Positions 1 through 12,104 are shown, counted from the first letter of the stretch. The stretch: DNA of 64,000 nucleotides from Albugo candida (GCA_040437565.1 JBDOQK010000001.1:558001-622000), one strand, 5' to 3'. Translations and numbers: made by a program. Notes: generated by a model from the letters alone, not told the origin.

Positions 1-1038
1 ACGCAGGTGGGGCTTCCGTTGCTGGACACGTGACGATTGTGTACGTGACGTACTCCTCGTCGTCGTCGTTCCGGCCCATGGCGATGGGAAGGGATTCTTC
101 AGTTCCGATTTAAATTTGATTAATCAGAATGACAGCCGTTGGCTGGCAGAGAGCCAATCGGGCCAGAGGAGCTTGTTGGAAGGCAGCTCTGGGATGTGTG
201 GTAAAAGTGAGAATACTTTAATCCCTTGAAATCCTAGCGATAGCGCGTGGCGCTCTACAGATACTCTCTACTGTTACTCTGTGTGTCGTGAGCGCTCGCT
301 GTGTACTTCTTCCCATCCGCGTGTATTCATACTGGCTGATTCTGGTCTGGTTGGTAATGATATGCAATAAGCTGACAACTGGTAGGACCAGGTTGAAGTG
401 GAGATGACGTCGCCGTCATGTCAGCTGGTAATGCGTGTTCGTTATCCGCAACGACCTGCCCACCCAATCGAAAATTGAAGAAAAAGCTTCTTCGATAATA
501 TTTCTACATCCAAGTTGGTAAACACGTGTTAGGCACCTGGTACACAAGTGTGGTTTCTCCACCAAGTCTCCATCAGGAACAAAATAAACACCAAGAAATA
601 TAATCATCTTATTTTTTCAATTATGAAATACGAGCAACTAATTCTCATTACGCTAGTAATTATGAAGCATGTTACAGCTATAGCTACCAGTTTCTCACGT
701 GGTAGCACTCCCTTCGCAATTCATTGCTTTATTTCACCATTAATGTAATTACGTTCCCTATTATACTCCTTTATCATAACGTTCGATCAGCATATTTTGA
801 TGAATGCTTCGTCAGTAATCCAATTCTTCTTCAACGGCGTCTTTGTTACCTTCTTCTAGTGCACCTATGTTTGTTTCTGCTCTGTATTTGCTCTGAAATA
901 TCATTCTATTGCACTATTGCTAGACTATCGCTGATTGACGCTTCTTTTAGACAAGCTATCTACACAGGACGATTGTATATCGTCAAGGATTTCATAACGC
1001 TGTTAACCTGGTTCTTGAAGTACCTTCCTTATCCTATC

Positions 1039-1246
1039 TGTTCAACACGGGCTAAGAGCTAGATGGAAAACTGAGAGCTTAATTTATTTGAGAATGTGAT
1101 CCCAGTTATCGCTGTCCGTTACCTTCGACCTCTTCTGCGTCAGTTTCTTCGAACCACTCCCAATGGTCGCGTCTTTCACCCATCAGTCGCATCCTGTCAT
1201 GTCAGCACTCGCTCCCTTTCAAGTCAGTAGTCTCCCTGATTTAACA
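1039..1246 (-). repeat. Copia 3' LTR (~208 bp)
   Basis: On the minus strand it reads TGTTAAATCAGG...CCCGTGTTGAACA (TG...CA). It is preceded by the purine-rich GGAAGGAT (PPT) and aligns with the LTR at 2147-2333. Confidence 0.85.
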
Positions 1247-1958
1247 ATCCTTCCGGGTGGAAATCTTACCCACTCAGCATTACAATTCCGCGTAGTTCGC
1301 AGAATCGTGGCGCTGGGAGGACCTTGGTCATGATGTCCGCACGCATACTATTGGACTCGCCGTACTGTACCTTGATTACCTTCTTCTCGAGATCCTTAAC
1401 AAACCTGTACCGCACTTCAATATACTTGACTCGATCAGACGTGTCCTCACTCTTGATCTGAGCTATCGCTGCTTGATTGGCGAAGTGAAGTATTGACCTC
1501 GTTTTGATCAGAACGCCGATCTCTTTTAAGTAGCTCCATTATGCCGACCATATCAGCGGCAGTTTCTGAAGCTGCCACATACTCAGCCTCCATTGTGGAT
1601 AGAGTCACGCATTTCTGTTTCTTGCATAGCCAGCCCAGAATCATGCCGCCCACCATCAACACGCCACCGCTCACCGATTTGCGGTTAGTCTTGTCCCCTG
1701 CGTAATCAAAGTCGCTGAAAGCTTCGACTAGCACACTTTCTCCTTTCATCGCAGATGGGTCACCGCTCATCAAGAACTTGAACTGCTCGTACTTGGCTAT
1801 CTTCTTAATCAAGCGCCAATCACCTTCTCTCGGTGCATGCGAACGTCGGGTCGCTCGGTGTACTGCAAACGCTATATCGGGCTTGTACACCGGGCTATCC
1901 ATAGGAGACGACCCATCGACTGGAACATCTGCACAGTCGGTCTCTATGGTGTGCCGCT
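1247..1958 (-). mobile_element. Ty1/Copia pol 3' fragment (end of RT plus RNase H), degenerate
   Basis: ORF 1447-1989 contains PDIAFAV, AFSDFDYAGDKTNRKSVSG and KQKCVTLSTMEAEYVA (Copia RNase H). After frameshifts it continues to MRADIMTK, then the PPT and LTR. Confidence 0.92.
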
Positions 1959-2081
1959 GGGTCCGTGCCCAGCTCAGTCGGTTAAGCACTTAAGCGCACT
2001 GACCCCCTGCCAGAGGTCGTTGATTCGATCCCCGGCAGTGTGGTCAGCGGTTTGAGCCCACACAAGCAAAAGATTGGAAAA
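1959..2081 (+). mobile_element. tRNA-derived SINE-like element, copy 1 (may extend to ~2146)
   Basis: A-box-like AGCTCAGTCGGTTA, variable-loop AGGTC and B-box-like GATTCGATCCC. It interrupts the Copia RT, and a second copy lies at 4964-5087 on the minus strand. Confidence 0.7.
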
Positions 2082-2146
2082 TATCTGCCTCTTTAGATTT
2101 TGAAGTCAGACTTGATGATATTCACACGGTTGGGGGATCAGGATAG

Positions 2147-2333
2147 TGTTAAACCAGAGCGACTGCTGGCAGGAAAGTATGGGACTGCTGCGTGAAAGAC
2201 GCGAACATTTGGGAGTGGTAAGAAGAAACCGACGCAGAAAAGATTTAAGGTAATGGATAGCGATAGCTAAGACCACACTCTAATATACATCAAGTTCTCA
2301 ATTTTCTATTCAACTCTCATCCCGTGTTGAACA
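2147..2333 (+). repeat. Copia 5' LTR (~187 bp)
   Basis: TGTTAAACC...CCCGTGTTGAACA, immediately followed by a PBS; similar to the reverse complement of 1039-1246. Confidence 0.88.
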
Positions 2334-2345
2334 GGTTATGAGCCC
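2334..2345 (+). other. Primer-binding site (Copia half-tRNA-iMet type)
   Basis: GGTTATGAGCCC directly after the terminal CA of the LTR, resembling the GGTTATGGGCCC PBS typical of Copia elements. Confidence 0.75.
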
Positions 2346-4963
2346 AAAACGCATCGAATCCACCCCCTCTCAGTTCACCCTGGCACGCGACGTCACCTAG
2401 ACGAACGTGAACGCACTGAACGTGATTACTGACCCGTCAAGATGCGAGAGGAGGCGCGATTGGTTTCGGTTACCTCCGAGGCCCGAGATGGAGCGAGGCA
2501 AGCATCTTACGTGAGAACTGAGCGCATGGAACGACTTGAAGGACTCCTCGAGGGGATGGCGTAGTAGCAAGCCCAACTCATGGCAAATCAGCTTACAATG
2601 CAAGTTCAGCTGAGCCGTTGGGCTGAAGCTAAGCCCACGCCACCCTCCGAGCACTCGTTCAGCGGTTCAAGTGCGTTCACGAACTTCATTCGAGCGCGCG
2701 ACCGTAGCATGAGAAGAGGATCACTTGACGAGCCAATGCCAACCGTCGCACCCACTGCACCCCCGCGCATGCCGCTGCCTAACCAGCCGCCGCAACAAAG
2801 GAAACAACCAGCCTCAGCGCAGCATTGCGTGCAACCGGAAGGTCATGGACTGAAAATACAGAAGCCTCGGGACTTGGACTGGCTCGGTTTCGCTAAGTTC
2901 TCAGGAAAAGAGACTTACTTAGGGGTGGGTGTGGGGAATACGTTTCTACAGTGACTTGGCGCGGCGCAACTAATAAGTGGAGGCGAATGGCCGAAAGACT
3001 TCAGGATTATCGCGCTAAGTGGAAAGCTGGAAGGCTAGGATCTGAGTAATTGTGAAAAGATGCTGCTCGTATGGACGGCGGTATCAAACAATCTGGAGCA
3101 CGTCATGAACAGTATGTTGATTCTATACATGATACCGATCCCATCGATAAAAGGGATCGAATGGATGACGATCGAGAAGGATCGCAGCGGGACATGGCCC
3201 TAGCGCTATCAGTTTTTGGCGTACGTGGTAGAGCGGTCGGGTAACTCGGAACAGAGTGTACTGGAATATTAGTGCAAGTCAGCTTCCGCGCACAATCATA
3301 TTGCAATGTTGACTAGGCTAAACTACCAGAGAGCTGACTATCTGGCGCAAGCCGCCGAATTGGTTGAATTCGCGATTGACATAGAAGTCAGCACTAGCAA
3401 GCAAAGAAACGAAGGCGGTCGCGCTGAACGCTCAGGTAATGGACAAGGCGGTTGGTATACCAGCGATGGGCGAGTGGACCAAGGTGGGCGTGAGGAGCCT
3501 ACGTCGCAAGAGTTGAGATCTCCGACTCATGAACATGTTATGGCTGCGGTGAAGCCGGGAACATTCAAGCTAATTGCCCCAAGAAAACGAGTGGTGCCAT
3601 CTCGGCATCTAGAAGAGTCGCAATGGCCGTTGGTGCCGGTACTTGTGCTGGCTCTACTTCGTGGATTTTAAATTGCGGGTCGAGCGTGCACCTCGTATAG
3701 GATTCGAGGATGCTGAAGAACGCAGTGGAATGTGATCATACGTGTCACGCGGCGACTAACACTATGGTCAGAGTGACTAAGGTTGGATCAGCTGAGCAGA
3801 GAACAGTTATCGATGGACAAGAGGTCATGGTCGACCTATCTGAAGTTCATTATCCAGAAAACCTATCTGACATCATCATCAGCTATGGTGTATTGGAAGA
3901 GCGCGGGTTTATCTCGAGAGACACGGCAACCACAACTACGTGGTGCGTCAAGCGGACAAGATGAAGATCTTTGAAGTCTTTCGCCGCAACAACGTTCTAA
4001 AAGTGCGAATTAACAAAAGATGAACGAGCTCTAGAGGTCAGTTTGGCCGTGCAACAAGTTTACGACAGGGTTGATGAAGCCGTACAGAGACAGCACTTCT
4101 AGAACTCCACCAGAAAAGGGACCGATGACAACGAAGTATAGGCGTGGTTACAGGTACCTGATCAATTTCGTTGAAGAACAAGGTTGAGGCGACAGAAAAT
4201 TTGGAACACTTTCACTCTACTTTGAGAAGTGATTTCATTGTCGCGTCCATGTGTTTCGGATAGATGGCGGTAAAGAGTACGCCATTGGAACCCGTTTTGC
4301 AATTTAGCAGGTGTGAGACGCCAAGTTAGTGAAGCCGAGAACCAGGCTTCAAACGGGAAGGCTGAAAGAATGCATAGGACAACACTCAACATGGCGAGGT
4401 GCATGTTGTTTGCGAGTGGTCTAACGCTGTACTTTTGGAGCGATGCCATTGAGTACGCGGCGTATGTTTTAAATCAGAGCTCGTGCAGCAACAATACGAA
4501 ACGCATATCACCGATCGAGATTTTGACGGGTACGGTACCGAACTTAGCGGATGTGATGACTTTCGGCAGTACTTGCTCGGTGTTCTGAAACCCCGTCAAT
4601 AAAGCGTGGAATCCAAGATCACAGATCGGAACGATATTCGGCAAAAATGATGAAACCAAGGGTTTCAGGGTTTACCTACCAAAGGAGAGAATTGTTATCA
4701 CAACGCAGAACGTTCGAAACGTTGAGACGACTAACAGTGATCAGAATGCGCAGTTGCAGTTGCAGGTGCAGCTGGAGCGTGAAGACCCTAATCGGCGAAG
4801 CGCTGTACATGAGCTGGACGAGCTCGCTAAGCGGAAGGAGCCGGAGACAGATCTGCCACAACGNNNNNNNNNNNNNNNNNNNNNNNNNNNNNNNNNNNNN
4901 NNNNNNNNNNNNNNNNNNNNNNNNNNNNNNNNNNNNNNNNNNNNNNNNNNNNNNNNNNNNNNN

Positions 4964-5087
4964 TTTCCAAGCTTATTGCTTGGGTGGGCTCAAACCGCTG
5001 CCCACACTGCCTGGGATCGAACTAACGACCTCCGGCAGGGGGTCCGTGCGCTCAAGTGCTTAACCGACTGAACTGGGTACGGACCCC
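4964..5087 (-). mobile_element. tRNA-derived SINE-like element, copy 2 (3' end lost in gap)
   Basis: Reverse complement reads GGGTCCGTACCCAGTTCAGTCGGTTAAGC...AGGTCGTTAGTTCGATCCC...GCCCACCCAAGC and aligns with 1959-2081. Confidence 0.7.
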
Positions 5088-6994
5088 TATCAGCTATGGT
5101 GTATTGGAAGAGCGCGGGGTTCATCTCGAGAGAGACGGCAACCACAGCTACGTGGTGCGTCAAGCGGACAAGATGAAGATCTTTGAAGTCTTTCGCCGCA
5201 ACAACGTTCTAAAAGTGCGAATCAACAAAAGATGAACGAGTTCTAGAGGTCAGTTTGGCCGTGCAACAAGTTTACGACAGGGTTGATGAAGCCGTAACAG
5301 AGACAGCACTTCTAGAACTCTCATCAGAAAAGGGACCGATGACACCTAAGGATAGGCGTGGTTACAGGTACCTGATCAATTTCGTTGAAGAACAAGGTTG
5401 AGGCGACATAAAATTTCGAACACTTTCTACTTTACTTTGTGAAGTGATTTCATTGTCGCGTCCATGTGTTTTGGATAGATGGCGGTAAAGAGTACGCCAA
5501 TGGAACCCGTTTTGCAATTTAGCAGGTGTGAGACGCCAAGTTAGTAAAGCCTAGAACCAGGCTTCAAACGGGAAGGCTGAAAGAATGCATAGGACAACAC
5601 TCAACATGGCGAGGTGCATGTTGTTTGCGAGTGGTCTAACGCTGTACTTTTGGGTCGATGCCATTGAGTGCGCGGCGTATGTTTTGAATCGAAGCTCGTG
5701 CAGCACCAATACGAAACGCATTTCCCCGATCGAGATTTTGACGGGTACGGTAACGAACTTAGTGGATGTGGTGACTTTCGGCAGTACTTGCTCGGTGTTC
5801 AGAAACCCCGTCAATAAAGCGTGGAAGCCAAGATCACAGATCGGAACGATACTCGGCAAAAATGATGAAACCAAGGGTTTCAGGGTCTACCTACAAAAGG
5901 AGAGAATTGTTATCACAACGCAGAACGTTCGAAACGTTGAGACGACTAACAGTGATCAGAATGCGCAGTTGCAGTTGCAGGTGCAGCTGGAGCGTGAAGA
6001 CCCTAATCGGTAAAGCGCTGTACATGAGCTGGACGAGCTCGCTAAGCGGAAGGAGCCGGAGACAGATCTGCCACAACGATAGAAGATCAGCAAAGTCAAT
6101 GATTAGCTCCGCTAAGGCGAAAAAGATCTCAATGGTGGTTGAAGACACATCGAACCCAATCGAATCTGACAGCGATGTTGAACTACTGCCCGTCGAAAAC
6201 GAGACGCTTAATCATATGCGAACGCGCAACCTGGGCTCCAAGCACGTACCCGTAAACCCGGAGAGTGCAGTATTGCTCAAGTACTTAAAGAGTTACCGCG
6301 ATGCGGTAAAAGACCCGCGGTGGACCAGTGGGAAGAGGCACTGCGAACGGAAATAGAGGCATTGGAGCACAATGACACGTGAGATGTGGTAAAGTTTCCC
6401 AGTGACGCCAAGTTATTTCATAGTAAGTGGGTGTATAAGCTTAAGATGCACGCCCACGGTACTGTCAAGAGGTACAAAGCGAGGCTAGTCGCACGTGGCG
6501 ATGAACAATTGTGTGGCGTCGATTGTACATACACGTTCTCGGCCGTGACGGAGATGATATCTGGCAAGGTAATTCTCGCGGTGGCAAGAACCTGAGGAGT
6601 GCCTGCGCATCACGGCGATGTGCCAAGTGCTTACCTTAAAGCTGACAAGGAAGAAGATTTGGAGATATTACTTCACATTCCGTAGGAAAGGACATTGACG
6701 CCGAATTAATGAAAAAGTTCGGCGTGAAGTATAAGAGAAAGCTCGCTTTGAGCCTCAAGAAGGCTTGTACGGCCTGAAACAATCAGTCAGGTTGTGGAAC
6801 CTGATGCTCCATGACATATTGAAGTCACTCATTTTCAGCCAGAGCTACACGGACAGCTGCTTATACATTAGAGAGGATGTCAAGGGCAACACACTCGTGG
6901 GTATATACGTGGATGATGTACTAGCTACGGCTACCAGTGTACAGAAGGTCGACAAGTTTTCTGATGACATGAAGGTTGTTGAGCTAGAAGATCT
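5088..6994 (+). mobile_element. Second Ty1/Copia copy (integrase and RT), pseudogenised and truncated
   Basis: 5088-6078 is a slightly diverged copy of 3877-4863. RT motifs KWVYKLK...RYKARLVARG, YGLKQS and VGIYVDDVL follow; the RT is cut off at VVELEDL. Confidence 0.92.
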
Positions 6995-7559
6995 CACTTC
7001 TCAATTTGCCGGCGACTACGAACCCGCCAATTTAGTACAAAACAACTGGAAAAACTACTTTTTTGAACTCTTTCCTCTCGAAAACAATGGTCCAAGTCGA
7101 CATATCGACACAACCAAGGGTGCTATCGTCCACTTGTAGTGACATGGCAGCCCTCATGAGTCACCCTGTTTTGAGTGATTACATGATTGTTGATGAGTCA
7201 TCACCCCTGTCTGATGACGTGGAAAGTACCCCCACCCCCAGTGTGACGGTACAGGGCAATACCGGTACTACCGGCGTCGAATGTGGTACCGGTGGTACAT
7301 GTGGTACCGGTGGTACATGCGGTACCGTCGTTGCCTCGTCACAGGGTGACTCAAAGGCAACTGCAAGTGTGGACGACACTAAAAGTCCCACTTTGGCTGA
7401 CCTCATAAAGTCACAGGAGTCCTTGCGTAAGGACCAGGCTAGAGCTCGGGCGAAATTTCGCGTGGAGCTCGCAAAACCGAAAGCCTCGGATATCGAGGCT
7501 ATACTGCAGCTATATGCTGATGGGGAGCACCCGGACTGGTCTGTTTCGTCTGCGAAATT
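6995..7559 (+). mobile_element. Probable 5' end of a non-LTR (L1-like) retrotransposon: 5' UTR plus ORF1 N-terminus
   Basis: Starts where the Copia RT is broken, at an INR+FPR-like motif (TCACTTCTCAATTTGC). An open frame runs from ATG 7087 to the gap, with an 18-bp tandem repeat encoding CGTGGT. The LINE identity is inferred; no RT is visible. Confidence 0.45.
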
Positions 7560-8822
7560 NNNNNNNNNNNNNNNNNNNNNNNNNNNNNNNNNNNNNNNNN
7601 NNNNNNNNNNNNNNNNNNNNNNNNNNNNNNNNNNNNNNNNNNNNNNNNNNNNNNNNNNNTTATATGTATATATGTTATTTAAGATAGCCTAGGCAGCTAG
7701 AGAAGTCAGTTAGTCTAATTCTAGTGATATAGACACCTTCAACTGAGCTAGTGTACAAGATTGTAAATATCCGTATCCTTTAGAGATTATATGGAATGAC
7801 ATTCACAGCTTCGACCTAGAATACGACGTTGGTTGAACTCGAAGTGATCGGCAAGGCATCATTTCAGAAAAGGCATCATTTCAGAAAAGGAAAAATTACG
7901 GCTCTTGATTGGAGCGTTCCATGACAGCTGACTCATCATATTGGCAACACCTTGATTAGAAGTATTTCAAGAGCATTACGAGGGGAAATATAGCCCTTAG
8001 AAGCTACGATGTGGGTGATGAACCATGCCTCGACCGCCGGACTGTCGAAATCGTCATTCGTTTTGCTCATGATTGTATTCCTCATCTCTCATATTGATTG
8101 ATTGCAGTTGAAACATTCCGAGTCTCGTTCAATTATATTGAACAGCCCATACTGTCCGCCACTCTGATTGATCGACACGGTGAGGTCAAAGGTTGGAAGG
8201 CATTCATTATATTTCGTTCAGATTCAAACCATTGTCCACGGAAGGCAAATACATGAATTTTATTCTTCTTTTTGTCACTTTGATACAGAGAAAGAAATGT
8301 GATGACTGTACTTCAAAGAGATGCAACCACATTGTGACTCATGTGCTCTTCCGATTGCATTTGAACCACTGTGGATGCTGGCAAGGTCCTAACAGTACAC
8401 TTCAAAAAATGGTCGGTTGTGCGCTAAAACTAACAGATTTGCTGAAGCTCCTCATTCGACTCGCAGTCGCTTCAGGATGCCACACTCCGACTCGGGAAGG
8501 TCTTTTTAATGATCCACATGACGACACTCGCTGACCTCCAAAATTTGATGGTGCGGCCATGAGTCTGCCAGAAAGCCAACGCGTTGCCATAATTGCCAAA
8601 CAAAAGCGACGTACGACTCGTGCTAGCAGTGTGACGGAAGCTCTCCACACGTCCACAATACTCATCATTTATAGCAAGAAGGAAGTAAGTATGGTGTACT
8701 AGCACAGCAAATGAGAATTGAAAATGCGAAATCCCGTTGGCTGATGCATACATGACGCCTCATACCACAGGCGGCGCACTCATAACGTTCAACTTTCGTC
8801 TTATATTAAACGATTCACCTAA

Positions 8823-10037
8823 GGGTGTGACTATTGCTACAGACGTTTTGACTAATGCCACATGTCTGATTGGCTAATTTGTTTACCAGTAATGTGATTG
8901 GTCGATAAGGTAGCTATAATACTGTTTCAACGCAAGATATGTTTCAAAAGAGCAATAACGTTCTCTAGATGGAAAATCTGATACAAACAAAAGTCGATGA
9001 CTGTTCGTAAAATACCATTGTGAACTTAAAGTGAAAGGATAACATGGTCCTCTTATTAATCTCTGCACCTTTGATTCGGGTCTTCCTAAAAAAACGCCAA
9101 TACAACTTCTTCTGAAGTTGTGCATTTGTTACTGCAAGTCTTCAAGTTGCTTAACTGACTCTACAGCAGCATATTTCAAATTCCTTCTAAAAAAGCTCAC
9201 CTGTCGCCACTCACATGAGAAACATGGGCTGTTTACTCACCGTATTTCGACAGACAAGGTCAAGTAGTATATCAAAAATTGCGGGAAATTGGATCGGTAT
9301 TGCCACATGCGCATCGAGAAGGTGATCATTTAGATTTCGCAGAAACTCGAGAAACTAGCACACGACGAAATGACCTTTTGGTGCGAGGAGACAGAATGAT
9401 GAAGTCCTGGTAATGCATCTTTAAACGGCATGAAAATTGAGTTTAAGAACGCGAAATTCCCATTCTCTTCTTTACATAAAATTTACAGATTCGACTTTAC
9501 AGACCTAAGCTGAGAATGCTTACTGATATCAATCAGCAACCAGTTTTCTGATGGCGCTTCGTCGCGAAGCAACTTTGGCGTGATGCCTAGGCTATCTTGA
9601 ATAACAAATATACGTTTGGGAATGTTTTATACGACTATTTGAGTATTTTGTACGAATAAGAAAAGAAATGACATCTACGTGAGCATATTCAGCTCCGGTA
9701 TTATTCTNNNNNNNNNNNNNNNNNNNNNNNNNNNNNNNNNNNNNNNNNNNNNNNNNNNNNNNNNNNNNNNNNNNNNNNNNNNNNNNNNNNNNNNNNNNNN
9801 NNNNNNNAGTATTTTGTACGAATAAGAAAAGAAATGACATCTACGTGAGCATATTCAGCTCCGGTATTATTCTATTTATTTTGACCTCATTAAATGGAGA
9901 AGTTTTATAATACAACTTACGTTGAAGCAGCAAAATAGCTACCTTATCGACCAATCATATTAATAGTATACACATCATCCAATCAGTGGTTTTAAGCTTT
10001 GGCATTGGTCAAAACGTTTGTGGTGTTAGTCAAACCC
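8823..10037. mobile_element. Non-autonomous DNA transposon with ~130-bp imperfect TIRs
   Basis: 8823-8950 (GGGTGTGACTA...GATTGGTCGATAAGGTAGCTA...TTCAACG) matches the reverse complement of ~9905-10037 (ending TAGTCAAACCC). No transposase recognised and no clear TSD. Confidence 0.75.
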
Positions 10038-10283
10038 AATGAAATTTGGTGCCGCCTATCAGCTGCAGGATATTATCTACAACTGACAATGCAAACCATT
10101 TATCTGGTACCTGCTTCACACCTGACAATTTGGATGTTCCCATCTGGATAGAATCTCATAGTTTGCTATACCGGCAAAAATCTTCACAGTTTATCGAAGC
10201 GCTACTTGCAATGTGGCCCAACAGTTCTTTCCTTTTTCAATAAGCCGGGAAAACGCTTAGATGTATACAGTAATTTATCCCTA

Positions 10284-12104
10284 TTCTTTAGCGATTCGGT
10301 ATAGCCACACCCCTAACTTAACTGAGAATACCGTCACCGTTACACCCCCTAAATATCCTAAATAAATGGGAACCGGTATCACTAACCCCCTAAAGTAAAA
10401 TTAAAATTAGATAACCTTTATCACCATACTCCCTTGATTGAATTACAGATTTGTTTTCTTAATTTTGGGGTGTGGACATGTGCGCCTGTTGTGACCTTCT
10501 TGTTTGCAGGCTCCGCATCTTCGTTTTGGCAGTTCATGCCCCTCCCTCTCAATGTACTCAAATGCGGACAGATCTCGTTAAATACTCGTTGATCTCCTTT
10601 CGGCCGTCCACGTGAGGCCAATGTGGCAGGATCAATTACTTCAGGACTTGGAATAGATGCAAGGCAATTGAGATCCTGCTCAAAAAGCGCTGTCTATGTG
10701 GAGGCAAGACCGAAAAACGCTCTTACAGTTTTTTTATAATGTCCGAAAAGCTTGTATTTTACTAATGAGGCATTGCAAGATACAGTGTGGGATGTACAGG
10801 CTTGTGAAGCCAGCAGTGCTCATGAAATTGAGCTTCATGCAAGATTGAACCCATCTTTTGCATATCTTTGATGGCATGAGAGAAAGGTAATTCTCAAGTG
10901 CTCGTGAATATTTTAGTGCACTTTTCATTGTTCTCCATCGATAGTGCCTTTTGGTACTGCTTGAAGACCTGCAGAAAACAAAGTATGGTCAGTGCATATC
11001 TTGCCAGNNNNNNNNNNNNNNNNNNNNNNNNNNNNNNNNNNNNNNNNNNNNNNNNNNNNNNNNNNNNNNNNNNNNNNNNNNNNNNNNNNNNNNNNNNNNN
11101 NNNNNNNCCCCGAAGAAAAATCATTGTGTATCGAGATGCAAGGCTTAGGTGCAATCAAGAGGTGAATTACTTGACCCGATGAGGGGTCCCGATCAAGCTC
11201 ATGCCTAACGGCATATTCCTCTTGTGTGTCCAGCAATGCTTCAAGAGGGCTACGACCAAAGACAAATTCTGCTCGTTCGCGTTTTCAACATTGTAAATGT
11301 CTTGCCCGGTGGCAAGAAAAGCAGAATCAGACCGCTTCCTCGTACTTAAAATTAACCAAGGAGGTGCTCCATTTTTTTTGAGGTCCAAAATTGGCTGCCT
11401 CTGCACCTGTTTCAATAACCGGGCTTCTGGAATGCCGAAACATTTTCTGCTGCCTCATGATTGTGATTTGCAACGACCTCACTCACTCGCGAGGTCGACG
11501 ATTCATAGCTGAGAACTTGCACCGGACGAAATAGTTGGCAGCAATATTTCATTCAATTGTATATTCAAAAGCCTTAAAGAAGCTGCTGCCATTCTTTCAG
11601 AATTTTTATTCAGTCAGCGCTGAATGGTGACTAACCATGGACACATTAGCGGCCACGTTGATGTTTGGCGGATCCTCGTGCCCTTGTTTCTGTACCTACC
11701 ACCATGGACGCAAGAAAGCCACACCTTCCTAGTATTTCCGTACTTGTCAGCCTTTGTGTGGGGTTTTTTTGTGGAATAGCTTGCCACGCAAAGGTTTGTA
11801 TTGCCTCTTCTGCAATCTCATAGGTCGCATTGGTGTGTTCCGGTGGTGGAGCAAATGGCATAGTGAGAACAGTGTATTCACGTTAGCGCACGTATAGCAA
11901 TGTATGCAGGTGTATAGTGAGTTGGATAGTCAGGGTGTGTGGCCATACCAGATTCCTTGATTAGGGGGTGTGGCGATACCGATTCCCATTTATTTAGCGA
12001 ATCTGGTGGTACCGGTTCTCATTTTTTAGGATATTAGGGGGGTGTAACGATACCGGTGTTCTCATTTAAGTTAGGGTGTGTGGCTATACCGAATCCCTAA
12101 AGAA
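10284..12104 (-). mobile_element. MULE (Mutator-like) element with long TIRs and a degenerate transposase
   Basis: TIRs TTCTTTAGCGATTCGGTATAGCCACACCCCTAACTTAA... and ...TTAAGTTAGGGTGTGTGGCTATACCGAATCCCTAAAGAA. The minus strand gives a FAR1-like start MPFAPPPEHTNATYEIAEEAIQTFA (11861), RGRPKG, and a C-terminal CGACKQEGHNRRTC knuckle (~10480-10520). Confidence 0.85.

Larger units (their letters stand above)
2147..4863 (+). mobile_element. Ty1/Copia element, 5' part (LTR, gag, protease, integrase), pseudogenised
   Basis: Gag-like fragments at 2580-3670; protease-like WILNCGSSVHL at ~3662; integrase QASNGKAERMHRTTLNMARCMLFASGL...FWSDAIEYAAYVLN at 4313-4588; many stops and frameshifts; ends at an N gap. 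Confidence 0.9.

Noticed and set aside
1-425. GC-rich segment, possibly an LTR plus gag start on the minus strand (ATG near 80)
   Set aside because: No second LTR, PBS or protein motif within the window to support it.
1959-2040. Functional tRNA gene or HDV-like ribozyme
   Set aside because: The T-stem and acceptor stem do not pair as in a tRNA, and the P1.1 GG and J4/2 elements of an HDV-like fold are not seen.
7261-7328. GGTACCGGTGGTACATGT repeats as a CRISPR-like array
   Set aside because: These are in-frame 18-bp coding tandem repeats without unique spacers, in a eukaryotic context.
7853-7890. 17-bp tandem duplication AAGGCATCATTTCAGAA
   Set aside because: A single local slippage or repair duplication in decayed sequence, with no further structure.
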